This document shows, piece after piece, positions 26,417 to 33,786 of a DNA stretch of 33,786 nucleotides. The notes under the pieces were generated by a model. The model did not search any database. It saw only the letters and a program-made list of their open reading frames with translations, and was not told where the DNA came from. Source of the stretch: a virus (lineage: Duplodnaviria; Caudoviricetes); IMG/VR virus record IMGVR_UViG_3300031519_000106, positions 1-33,786 of that record; one strand, written 5' to 3'. Every line of letters starts with the position of its first letter. Positions within the stretch are counted from its first letter, which is position 1. The translations under genes and the position numbers were made by a program.

Positions 26417-29204
26417 TCACTCCATCTAGTTTAACAGCAATCGTCCATATAGGAGGTAAGTTAAAGTTAGTACCTTTACCCAACCGTTTCTTAATTTTCG
26501 TTGCGCCCATCTGTTCAATCATACCTTGAACAGTGCTAACATGATCTATTCTTTGTTCACCTAACCATTTTTGAAAATGATTCTGCACAATAAATAGCAT
26601 CTGCGTGTCTGGTTCAAAACGTGCAACGAATGTGTTACGCGGGTTTTGTTCAGGTATAACCATAGAAGCTACGCCATCTTGCCCTGCAGATGTTTGTGTG
26701 CTTTTTATCTTTAAGATATTGCTCCAGTTCTCAGTCATGTAGCCAGTTACTAATGTTTGTACAGATGCTGTACTATCGTCAACAAAGTTTTTAACCTTTA
26801 TCAACATAGACGCTACCCAGTGATACAACTTCTTCAAGTCGTAATCTATTATACCTATTTCTTTAGCTATTGAAGCCCCAGTAAGTATAGCCGCACAACC
26901 ACCAGACCAAAAACGATTTACGCTATCTAACCCTGCTCGCTCGTCTAACTTTTCTTTTATAACCTTGTACCTAGCCAATACAGCTTCTTTGTTGTTCACC
27001 ACATACTGTACAAATATAGGGCCAAAATGCCCGTAGTTATTTTGCACGTTTAATAACTGTTTGTCCCCTTCCTCAGTGCTAATTTTAAGTCTAGGCATTT
27101 CGTCTGTTCTAAGTTCAAGTAAACGTTGCATTTCTGCCTTGGTGTCGCCCTTAAACATAGACATTTGTGAGTACATACTTGTGTTACCCGTAGAAAAAGC
27201 CAACAATCTCCAAGGTTTACCCCTAACACGTTCGTAGTTACCCCCACCTGCCATACGGTTTTTCTGCACCCCTTCAGATAATTGGTATGCGTACTGTGAT
27301 GCTTCCCTAGGCGTAAAATTCGTCAGCTCGTCTGTGTTCATAGGTATGCTGTGGTAAAGTTCTGCTTGGTTCATTTTTGAGTTAGGTGTATCTCCCCCTG
27401 TACCTATTAGCCCACGTGGGTCACCCCATATAGAAGTAGCGGCATACATGGCAGTTGTTTTACCCGCACCTGTTTTACCAAACAAATGTACGCCTAGACT
27501 ATATAAACCTGTAAAAGGCATCAATACAGAACCGAACCCCGCGCATACAGTAAACTGTTGTAGTTCCATACCGTCACGGTCATACCAATCAAGAACTTCT
27601 TTGCTACCCTCTTGTGTACCTTTAGGGGTAAGTCTTTCTATGTAACCTGCGGTTTTTGCCGAAGGCGGGTTGTACTCTATACTATCGGCAGTGATTAGTT
27701 TATCGCCTAACACAAACGCGTCTAGTTTATTATCGTCAACCCAACCAAACTGCTGATGCGCTTTACTAGCCTTGGTTGTTTGCTGTAATTCATTAATCCA
27801 TGCGGCTGTGTATGACATTAGTTTATCTATATCCTTCCCAAAAGTAGTTATACCTTGCATAGACATATGCCTACGAAATTCTTCCCGTGCTGTAACCGAA
27901 GATAAGGGCACAATAAATTCCCTTACCCCATCTCTTGGCAAGTGTAACGCAAATGCTATTACTTCCCCCAACTCTACATCCTGTAACCTACGTGTAACAT
28001 AAAAGTCGTAGTGATATACGCACACCTCTTCTGGGTCACCGTCAGCGTTTGTGCCACGTAAGTATACACCTCCGTTCTGTCCTCGAAAGTATGGCCTAGG
28101 AAACGTAGGTATTTCTACCATCTTTGTTGTATCACCAAAAGCTTCCTCTAGTATGTTATCTTCTGCAGTTGCTTCCGCTATCTCTTTAGTCAACATCGCA
28201 GGGGTAGATACCTTACCATTGTTAGGACAACCTTCGCAACCTGTCGGGTTCAACCTTTCAAACGTACTGCAGTATTGCGGCCCTCCTGTATCCTGCATCT
28301 TACGCAATGTAGCCGCGAGGTTGTAATCATCGTGTTGACTAGACATCAACTCCGCACCCATGTCACCATCTTCGCATACGTTAGCAATGGATAAACCTGC
28401 CCGCCAAAGATCGTGCGGTACTGTATCTTGGTTCTCTATTATATAGTCTATCTGCACGCACCCCGTACCGTTGGCATTTTTATCCAACAACCTCTGAAAG
28501 CTACCCTTTTGGTTTTGGTACATGGCATCTTTAAACGCGCTTAACGCTGAGGGTTCGTATCTCTTGGGTACTGGTATCGGGGCATCCCCAACTAGATCAG
28601 AGAAAACCTCAAAAGCTACAGGAACAGGCGGTGAAATTCCAAAAAACGCTACATCTAGTGGTGGGTCGTACTTGTAATTATGTGTATTAGGTACACGTAA
28701 AATCCTAGCGGCGTCAGATGTAACTGAGGGGTCAGCTTCAAAACCACTATCCTCACACAGTTTCTTTAACCGCTCCGCCACAGGCCACCACTCGTCTCTA
28801 CTTATAGCCCGTGATAAAATCCAATACACATGCAAACCACGCCCAGAGTTAATAATCGTAGGTCTTGGTAGTTTGTGTTCTTTGCAGAACGCCTGTAACT
28901 CCTGTAGCGCCGCGCGTTGCGTATCGAACTCCTTGTTCGGGCCACAGTCTAAGTCTAAAAAGAAAGACTTCATCCACTTAACGTTGTCTGCTTTACGCGA
29001 ACCTGATTCTTCGTACGTCGCCAGTGCAAAGAAAGCGTTCCAACCGTTGTGGTCAAACTCTTCAGCCGCGTCTACTAATTCTGTTACAGAAGAATAAAAC
29101 TTCTGCTTTATCTCTGGAGCTTCTCCTGTTGCGGTTCTGTTAGCCCACACACAGTAGTGCCCCTCGTGCCCTAGCACTAATTCTAAAAAACTTTTTGTAT
29201 TCAT
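26388..29204 (-). CDS. Primase-helicase: AEP/RepB-type primase-polymerase fused to a DUF927-type P-loop helicase
   Basis: FLDLDCG, SGRGLHVYW and DAARILRVP primase motifs; C..F....P..C..CP Cys cluster; Walker A GKTGAGKTT, Walker B MNTDELT. ATG at 29204 with GGTGG SD preferred over GTG at 29213. Confidence 0.88.
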   Translation of the reverse strand: MNTKSFLELVLGHEGHYCVWANRTATGEAPEIKQKFYSSVTELVDAAEEFDHNGWNAFFALATYEESGSRKADNVKWMKSFFLDLDCGPNKEFDTQRAALQELQAFCKEHKLPRPTIINSGRGLHVYWILSRAISRDEWWPVAERLKKLCEDSGFEADPSVTSDAARILRVPNTHNYKYDPPLDVAFFGISPPVPVAFEVFSDLVGDAPIPVPKRYEPSALSAFKDAMYQNQKGSFQRLLDKNANGTGCVQIDYIIENQDTVPHDLWRAGLSIANVCEDGDMGAELMSSQHDDYNLAATLRKMQDTGGPQYCSTFERLNPTGCEGCPNNGKVSTPAMLTKEIAEATAEDNILEEAFGDTTKMVEIPTFPRPYFRGQNGGVYLRGTNADGDPEEVCVYHYDFYVTRRLQDVELGEVIAFALHLPRDGVREFIVPLSSVTAREEFRRHMSMQGITTFGKDIDKLMSYTAAWINELQQTTKASKAHQQFGWVDDNKLDAFVLGDKLITADSIEYNPPSAKTAGYIERLTPKGTQEGSKEVLDWYDRDGMELQQFTVCAGFGSVLMPFTGLYSLGVHLFGKTGAGKTTAMYAATSIWGDPRGLIGTGGDTPNSKMNQAELYHSIPMNTDELTNFTPREASQYAYQLSEGVQKNRMAGGGNYERVRGKPWRLLAFSTGNTSMYSQMSMFKGDTKAEMQRLLELRTDEMPRLKISTEEGDKQLLNVQNNYGHFGPIFVQYVVNNKEAVLARYKVIKEKLDERAGLDSVNRFWSGGCAAILTGASIAKEIGIIDYDLKKLYHWVASMLIKVKNFVDDSTASVQTLVTGYMTENWSNILKIKSTQTSAGQDGVASMVIPEQNPRNTFVARFEPDTQMLFIVQNHFQKWLGEQRIDHVSTVQGMIEQMGATKIKKRLGKGTNFNLPPIWTIAVKLDGVSGVPETSED

Positions 29205-29230
29205 TGATACCACCCAATGTCGAAAGATTA

Positions 29231-29256
29231 ACCACGACTAAATTAATAGCCGTGGT
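29231..29256 (-). terminator. Stem-loop just downstream of ssb (partial terminator or mRNA-stabilising/processing hairpin)
   Basis: Minus strand ACCACGGCTA-TTAATT-TAGTCGTGGT, a 10-bp stem with one G:U pair, followed by a weak U tract TAATCTTT. Confidence 0.5.
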
Positions 29257-29265
29257 GTAGAAATA

Positions 29266-29970
29266 TTAGTCGTCCCAGTTATCGACAATGGAACTTATGT
29301 CAGTAGCATTAACTGGAGCAGGTGCCGCTTTAGTTGCGGTTCTCTTAACTGGCTCTTCGTCAAACCCATCATCTGCAGGTGCTTCATCTAACACATTGTT
29401 ACTCTTCACAACTTTTGGTGTAGAGGCAAAAGGATTAGCGTCTTCCATAACAAAGCCACCATCTACAGCACCGAACGGATTACGTACTTCCATAGGAACA
29501 TACTTAATAACCTGTACAGCCTTTAGTCGTAGCGACACATTTTGTTTACCACCAAAGTCATAAGGTATTAACTGCACAGCTATACTAACCGTACTACCCG
29601 TTGTTAGTTGAAAATCATCTGGCAACGGTGTGCCTTGAGAATCCACTTGCAATGGTTTGTTAGTAACTTCGCCTTTGTAAGCACCTTTTAAGTTTGCCTT
29701 GTGCGTGTATGTGCCATTGTCATCTTTAACAAACGGATTAACTAACTTGTCTGCCCACTTAGGTTCTTTGTTAGCGTCATACGCGCCTTTCATTTGCACA
29801 AACAACGCTTTTGCCGTTGCGCTATCCATACGGAATGCAATGGAAAAATCTGCACCCTGATCTCTTGGCCCACAAGGTACACTACGTTTTACGCTTTGAT
29901 CGAACGTATACGTCTTGTCGATCTTAGGCCATAGTGCTTCTACGTTTTCAATAATATAAGTCTCTGCCAT
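29266..29970 (-). CDS. ssb: Single-stranded DNA-binding protein (T7 gp2.5-like OB fold)
   Basis: AAGGAG SD; LWPKI, TTGSTV, VSLRLKAVQVI motifs; acidic flexible tail ending DNWDD. Confidence 0.82.
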   Translation of the reverse strand: MAETYIIENVEALWPKIDKTYTFDQSVKRSVPCGPRDQGADFSIAFRMDSATAKALFVQMKGAYDANKEPKWADKLVNPFVKDDNGTYTHKANLKGAYKGEVTNKPLQVDSQGTPLPDDFQLTTGSTVSIAVQLIPYDFGGKQNVSLRLKAVQVIKYVPMEVRNPFGAVDGGFVMEDANPFASTPKVVKSNNVLDEAPADDGFDEEPVKRTATKAAPAPVNATDISSIVDNWDD

Positions 29971-29991
29971 GTTGTTCTCCTTCTGGCTTTT

Positions 29992-30234
29992 TTACACATC
30001 TTCGTCAGCGTTAAAATCTAATTCAAGCTGATTTGTGTTTGGTTGCTCATGTACGTCTTGCGCGGCTTTAGTTAACGCGTCTGTTACTGAGTTTTTGTTA
30101 AATCGGTATGTAGTGCCGATCTTTATATACGTGGACTTAGGGATATGCCCCTGCCGTACCCACGCTCGAATAGTAGAAATTGACACTGCAAAATGCTTTG
30201 ACAACTCCTCTATATTTACAAATGGTTCTGCCAT
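29992..30234 (-). CDS. Excisionase/MerR-like helix-turn-helix DNA-binding protein
   Basis: VNIEELSKHFAVSISTIRAWVRQGHIP..YIKIGTTYRF pattern. Confidence 0.85.
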   Translation of the reverse strand: MAEPFVNIEELSKHFAVSISTIRAWVRQGHIPKSTYIKIGTTYRFNKNSVTDALTKAAQDVHEQPNTNQLELDFNADEDV

Positions 30235-30635
30235 TATTTCTTCCTAACTGAGATAACATACTCGGTATCGACGTTCATCCCTTTAGGAGAAACGTCAGGG
30301 TTTTCCTCAATAAACTGTTTCATGTTAGTCTGGTTCAAACGCCTATCGAGAAGCTGAGGTACATTATGCTCGGTAATAAATTCGTACATTTGATCCCAAT
30401 CGCTTGTCCAATATTTTGTTTTAGCAGACCTGAAAAACAGTCCTTCAGCGGTTCTTACACTCTCGACATGATGTGCATCACAGTAGTCTAACAGTGCCTT
30501 CTTCAAGGTGTCGAGTTGGCGTACCAACGCTCCATCTTTTTCTTTAAATTCCGCAGACAACAATGCTCGTTTAGCGCGTATCTTTATGTACGCTTTTGTT
30601 AATTTGTCCGCAGGTACATCAGAGTCTTCACTCAT
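30234..30635 (-). CDS. Conserved-looking phage replication-module protein (N-terminal coiled coil plus small alpha/beta domain)
   Basis: AGGAG SD; 133 aa; KLTKAYIKIR coiled coil, SVRTAEG, SDWD motifs; function unknown. Confidence 0.7.
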   Translation of the reverse strand: MSEDSDVPADKLTKAYIKIRAKRALLSAEFKEKDGALVRQLDTLKKALLDYCDAHHVESVRTAEGLFFRSAKTKYWTSDWDQMYEFITEHNVPQLLDRRLNQTNMKQFIEENPDVSPKGMNVDTEYVISVRKK

Positions 30636-30663
30636 TTTATTCTCCTATAGTAACGAGAATTAC

Positions 30664-30692
30664 ACTCTAGTACCTAATAATAAGCTAGTCAA
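30664..30692 (-). promoter_or_regulatory. Sigma70-type promoter driving the 133-aa/HTH/ssb genes
   Basis: Minus strand TTGACT (30692-30687), 17-nt spacer, TAGAGT (30669-30664), in one of the few intergenic gaps. Confidence 0.65.
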
Positions 30693-32220
30693 GTATTTCT
30701 TTGTATAAATCTATCATCTTTGTGTGTACGTCTATTCTCTTATCAAGAAGTGAGTAAACACGCTTTTCTACAGCCGAACCTTGCAGTTGTACAACAGTAC
30801 ACGGATGCTTTTGTCCTGATCGATGTACCCGTGCATTTGCCTGTGCGTAAGTCTCTAAGGAAGAGGTCGGCCCCCACCAGACTACTGTGTTTGCGGCAGT
30901 TAACGTAACACCATGTGCGGCTGACTGTGGTTGTATAACCAATACACGTGGGTTGTTGGTTGTTTGAAAACGTTTAAATATATCTGTACGCCTAGACACA
31001 GGTACATCACCACGAATAACATCAGTTGATATACCGTCTGCACGTAGTTTGTCTGTGAGTATGTCAATGGTATGTTTAAAAGGTACAAAAATAAGCACCT
31101 TCTGACTGCTCTCGTCTATAACTTCTTTGAGAACTTTGTATCTATGTTTTATATCAAACTCTAAAGTATCACCTTCGTCGGTATACACCGCCCCTGCAGA
31201 TATTTGCAGTAGCTTATTCATAATTACAGCGGCGTTAACTGCAGATACTTCGTCCCCATTTATCTGCATCACCAACTTTTTCTTGAGCATGTCATAATAT
31301 TTTTGTTGTTGACGTGTTAGCTCCACCTTACGTTTCACGTACGTCATATCGGGGAGATCAAGACACTCTTCTTTGGTAAAACGTATAGCAGGTTGCAACA
31401 CTTTAAACACAAGGTCAGTTGCTTCAGGCTTTACTATCCACCTGAACTGAGATGCCTTTGTCATAACCATATCACGAAACGAGCCGAAGAACCTTGGCAC
31501 AGTGTTAGGGTCAATAAGTTTTGCTAGGCCATACGCATCTAACGGAGACTGAGCTGCAGGAGTTCCCGTCATCATCCACAGCCACGTGTCGTCTTTCAAC
31601 AAACTACGAAGTGCTTTCCACCGTTTAGTTTGCACGTTCTTGTAATGAGTTGCCTCGTCTACAATTATTAAATCAAAGCCCGCCTTAGCCACAGCGTCGT
31701 ATACAACTTCAATACCGTCATAGTTTATTATTACAAACTCTGCCCCTTGTTCTATTATTGCTTTACGTTTCTTAGCTGAACCGTAAGCTACATCTACTTT
31801 GCGGTGTGGAGCAAAGGTAAACAAATCATCGCGCCATGCGCTATCCATTATTGATAGTGGACATATGACAAGTACACGTTTTATCTTACGTTGCTTGAGT
31901 AGGAAGTCTGCCGCCCATATTGCACTGGCTGTTTTACCTGTGCCCTGTTCGTTAAAACAAAAAGATTTTTTGTTCATAGTTAAGAACGCAGATGTTTTCT
32001 TTTGGTGTGCAAAGGGGTCATACTTACCTGTCCATACATACTGTCCTTGTATAGGAGAAGGCACGTCTATGTTTAACGCTCGAAGTGCGTGCATTTCATC
32101 AATGCCCCAATTCACTAACACTTCATTATCGCGTACCACTTTGCTTTTTACTATACTTTTAGTGACACGGTTTGGGTTGCGTAGCTTTAACAGCAACGCC
32201 TTGTCGTCTATTATCTGCAA
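30685..32220 (-). CDS. SNF2-family (SF2) helicase/ATPase
   Basis: EQGTGKT (motif I), IVDEATH (II), MTGTP (III), AHGVTLT (V), QANARVHRSGQ (VI); TTG start with AAGGAG SD. Confidence 0.92.
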   Translation of the reverse strand: MQIIDDKALLLKLRNPNRVTKSIVKSKVVRDNEVLVNWGIDEMHALRALNIDVPSPIQGQYVWTGKYDPFAHQKKTSAFLTMNKKSFCFNEQGTGKTASAIWAADFLLKQRKIKRVLVICPLSIMDSAWRDDLFTFAPHRKVDVAYGSAKKRKAIIEQGAEFVIINYDGIEVVYDAVAKAGFDLIIVDEATHYKNVQTKRWKALRSLLKDDTWLWMMTGTPAAQSPLDAYGLAKLIDPNTVPRFFGSFRDMVMTKASQFRWIVKPEATDLVFKVLQPAIRFTKEECLDLPDMTYVKRKVELTRQQQKYYDMLKKKLVMQINGDEVSAVNAAVIMNKLLQISAGAVYTDEGDTLEFDIKHRYKVLKEVIDESSQKVLIFVPFKHTIDILTDKLRADGISTDVIRGDVPVSRRTDIFKRFQTTNNPRVLVIQPQSAAHGVTLTAANTVVWWGPTSSLETYAQANARVHRSGQKHPCTVVQLQGSAVEKRVYSLLDKRIDVHTKMIDLYKEILD

Positions 32221-32231
32221 TGTGTTCTCCT

Positions 32232-32249
32232 TTTAGGGAACTCCCTAAA
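32232..32249. promoter_or_regulatory. Perfect 8-bp inverted repeat immediately upstream of the helicase SD
   Basis: TTTAGGGA-AC-TCCCTAAA filling most of the 29-bp intergenic gap. Confidence 0.45.
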
Positions 32250-32504
32250 TCACTTTTTCTTCTTGTAGTTACGAGCGCGGTTCTTGCTTGAACTCTCTAT
32301 ACGTATACCGTCCTTATTAGTGCCACCCTTGGACAAGGCTTTCTTGTGGCTAACATCTTTACCTTCACGCTTATCAGCTTTACCGTTACCGTTTCGGTCT
32401 ACACCATTTTTATCTACCTTGCGTCTGGCCCGTTGCCGTTCCATACGACGCTCAAACGTAGCTGACCCTACAGGTGCGTTAACTTGTTTTTTACGTTTTC
32501 TCAT
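32250..32504 (-). CDS. Small basic HNH-like (degenerate) endonuclease
   Basis: ATG at 32504 (ATGA overlap with upstream stop); GKDVSHKKALSKGGTN...NRARN resembles phage HNH DVDH...GG.N...NR. Confidence 0.65.
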   Translation of the reverse strand: MRKRKKQVNAPVGSATFERRMERQRARRKVDKNGVDRNGNGKADKREGKDVSHKKALSKGGTNKDGIRIESSSKNRARNYKKKK

Positions 32505-33175
32505 ACATTTGCTCCATTGTGAACACATTCAATTACAGGGCAGTGTCGTCTACACAGTCCGTTAGGCCGCGCATTCCACACATCACTTTCAGCCGCAAAC
32601 TTCATCTGGTCATACTTACTCAACCATTTCGCCCACAGCTTGTGGCTATCATACTCCATATACGTGTCTTTTACCAAGTCATTACATACAACAAATAATA
32701 ATCCTGCACGTATTGTTTTAATCTGGGGGTACTTAGCAAACAACCCCAACGCCATTAGCTCTAGCTGTCCTTTGTCTGCATACTTAGAAGACTTACCTGT
32801 CTTATAGTCTACCACCCACGCAAGGTCACCGTCGAGTATAACCAAGTCAGCTATACCACGAAACCAAACGTCCTTGGCATAGAAATCACACGCTTCTAAG
32901 TCTGAGTTAAGTCCAAGCTTTATTTCGCATAATTTTTCGCCTGTGCGATTTTTGAGTGATACCAGTGCTTGCTCTACAAAACTAAACTTCTTGGGTAGCG
33001 GCGTATCTTTGCCTACAAAATCCTCTGCGGCTTTATGAAACTCTGTTCCATACATGGTAGCATCTGTTTCTTTGAACGGAAACTCTTTGAGTATCTTGTC
33101 ATGGTAGAATTGCTTGGGGCATTGCTCAAATGCTTTAATCTTACTGAAAGACCACGGCCATACTTTATGTGTCAC
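32501..33175 (-). CDS. PD-(D/E)XK Cas4/RecB-like exonuclease
   Basis: WSFS....FEQCP, GTEFH, RGIADL, VDYKTGK, QLELMA and C-terminal LCRRHCPVIEC (1+3 Cys arrangement). Confidence 0.88.
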   Translation of the reverse strand: MTHKVWPWSFSKIKAFEQCPKQFYHDKILKEFPFKETDATMYGTEFHKAAEDFVGKDTPLPKKFSFVEQALVSLKNRTGEKLCEIKLGLNSDLEACDFYAKDVWFRGIADLVILDGDLAWVVDYKTGKSSKYADKGQLELMALGLFAKYPQIKTIRAGLLFVVCNDLVKDTYMEYDSHKLWAKWLSKYDQMKFAAESDVWNARPNGLCRRHCPVIECVHNGANV

Positions 33176-33786
33176 TCACATTCTCCATATGATTTGCCTG
33201 TGCCACTCTCACAGGTTATAGGTAAACCTTCTGCCCAGTCGGGTGTCTGGCTCATACACTCTTCCATATATGCTTGCGCTTCAACCAACTCTTCGTCAGG
33301 AACACAGATAATAATCGAGTCGTGTACAGTTAGCACAGCCTTGTACCTCTTTGCAAGGAGTATCATTTGATGCCCTATGATACAGCGAGCTATTGCTTGG
33401 CATACGTTCTCCACAACCTTACCACCATATATACGGTTCGGGCCTTTTCTTGTTCGGTACGTATACTCATACCCACGTTCAGATTTCTCTGCGGCAAGCC
33501 CATGATAAAACATAGGTAGTCCGTTAGGTAGGATGATAGCGTTCTTGTATGCGTCTACTTGCAAGACACCTTCTTTTCCAAACTGTACGCTATCTCCGCG
33601 TGCCATGTACTGTATCATGTTATTAGCATCACGCCACAACTGGCTAATCGACCCGTTAGTACCACGGTATATTTCAATGATGCGCCTCGCTTCATCAAGC
33701 TCAATGTACACACCGAACCCTTGCAACTGCGCTTGGAACTTCACAGCACCCATACCATACCCTGCACCAAGAATTGTAGTCTTACC
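33172..33786 (-). CDS. polA: Family A DNA polymerase, C-terminal part (5' end lies beyond the window)
   Basis: Frame open to the window edge: GKTTILGAGYGMG (motif B), YGGKVVENVCQAIAR, LTVHDS (motif C), PDWAEGLP. Confidence 0.92.
   Translation of the reverse strand, partial: GKTTILGAGYGMGAVKFQAQLQGFGVYIELDEARRIIEIYRGTNGSISQLWRDANNMIQYMARGDSVQFGKEGVLQVDAYKNAIILPNGLPMFYHGLAAEKSERGYEYTYRTRKGPNRIYGGKVVENVCQAIARCIIGHQMILLAKRYKAVLTVHDSIIICVPDEELVEAQAYMEECMSQTPDWAEGLPITCESGTGKSYGECE

Larger units (their letters stand above)
1..33786. mobile_element. Tailed dsDNA bacteriophage genome fragment (podovirus-like; late/structural arm on +, replication arm on -)
   Basis: Tail fibre with S74 chaperone, holin/endolysin, ejection-type proteins, phage PolA, primase-helicase and SSB. 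Dense TAATG/ATGA gene coupling and no host housekeeping genes. No integrase or att site in the window. Confidence 0.97.

Noticed and set aside
29992-30234. Excisionase-like HTH as proof of a prophage
   Set aside because: No integrase, att site or host flank is visible, and such HTH genes also occur in lytic phage replication modules.
32501-33175. Cas4-like gene as evidence of a CRISPR-Cas system
   Set aside because: Stand-alone Cas4-like nucleases are routine in phage replication modules; no cas1/cas2 or array is present.

Overview
The whole window is a ~34 kb piece of a tailed dsDNA phage genome with podovirus-type organisation and roughly 40% GC. A marine proteobacterial host is plausible but not provable from sequence. 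The + strand (1-26094) is one tightly coupled late operon. It encodes a beta-helical tail fibre with a peptidase S74 chaperone, small accessory genes, and a block of five signal-peptide proteins plus a membrane-anchored coiled coil that includes pilin-like and chaperone-like members. It continues with an EF-hand membrane protein, holin, GH108 endolysin, tail hub proteins and five internal-virion/ejection proteins, including a 1774-aa acidic repeat protein and a 2221-aa polyvalent protein with ParB-like and HExxH domains. The - strand (26186-33786) is the replication module: family A DNA polymerase (partial), Cas4-like nuclease, HNH-like protein, SNF2 helicase, HTH protein, SSB and an AEP primase-DUF927 helicase. 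The two arms converge on a terminator hairpin. The two strongest candidates for novelty are (i) the exported fimbrial-like module inside the lysis region and (ii) a probable overprinted 72-aa gene with a strong Shine-Dalgarno nested in the +1 frame of the giant protein. All family assignments come from motif recognition by eye; no searches were run.
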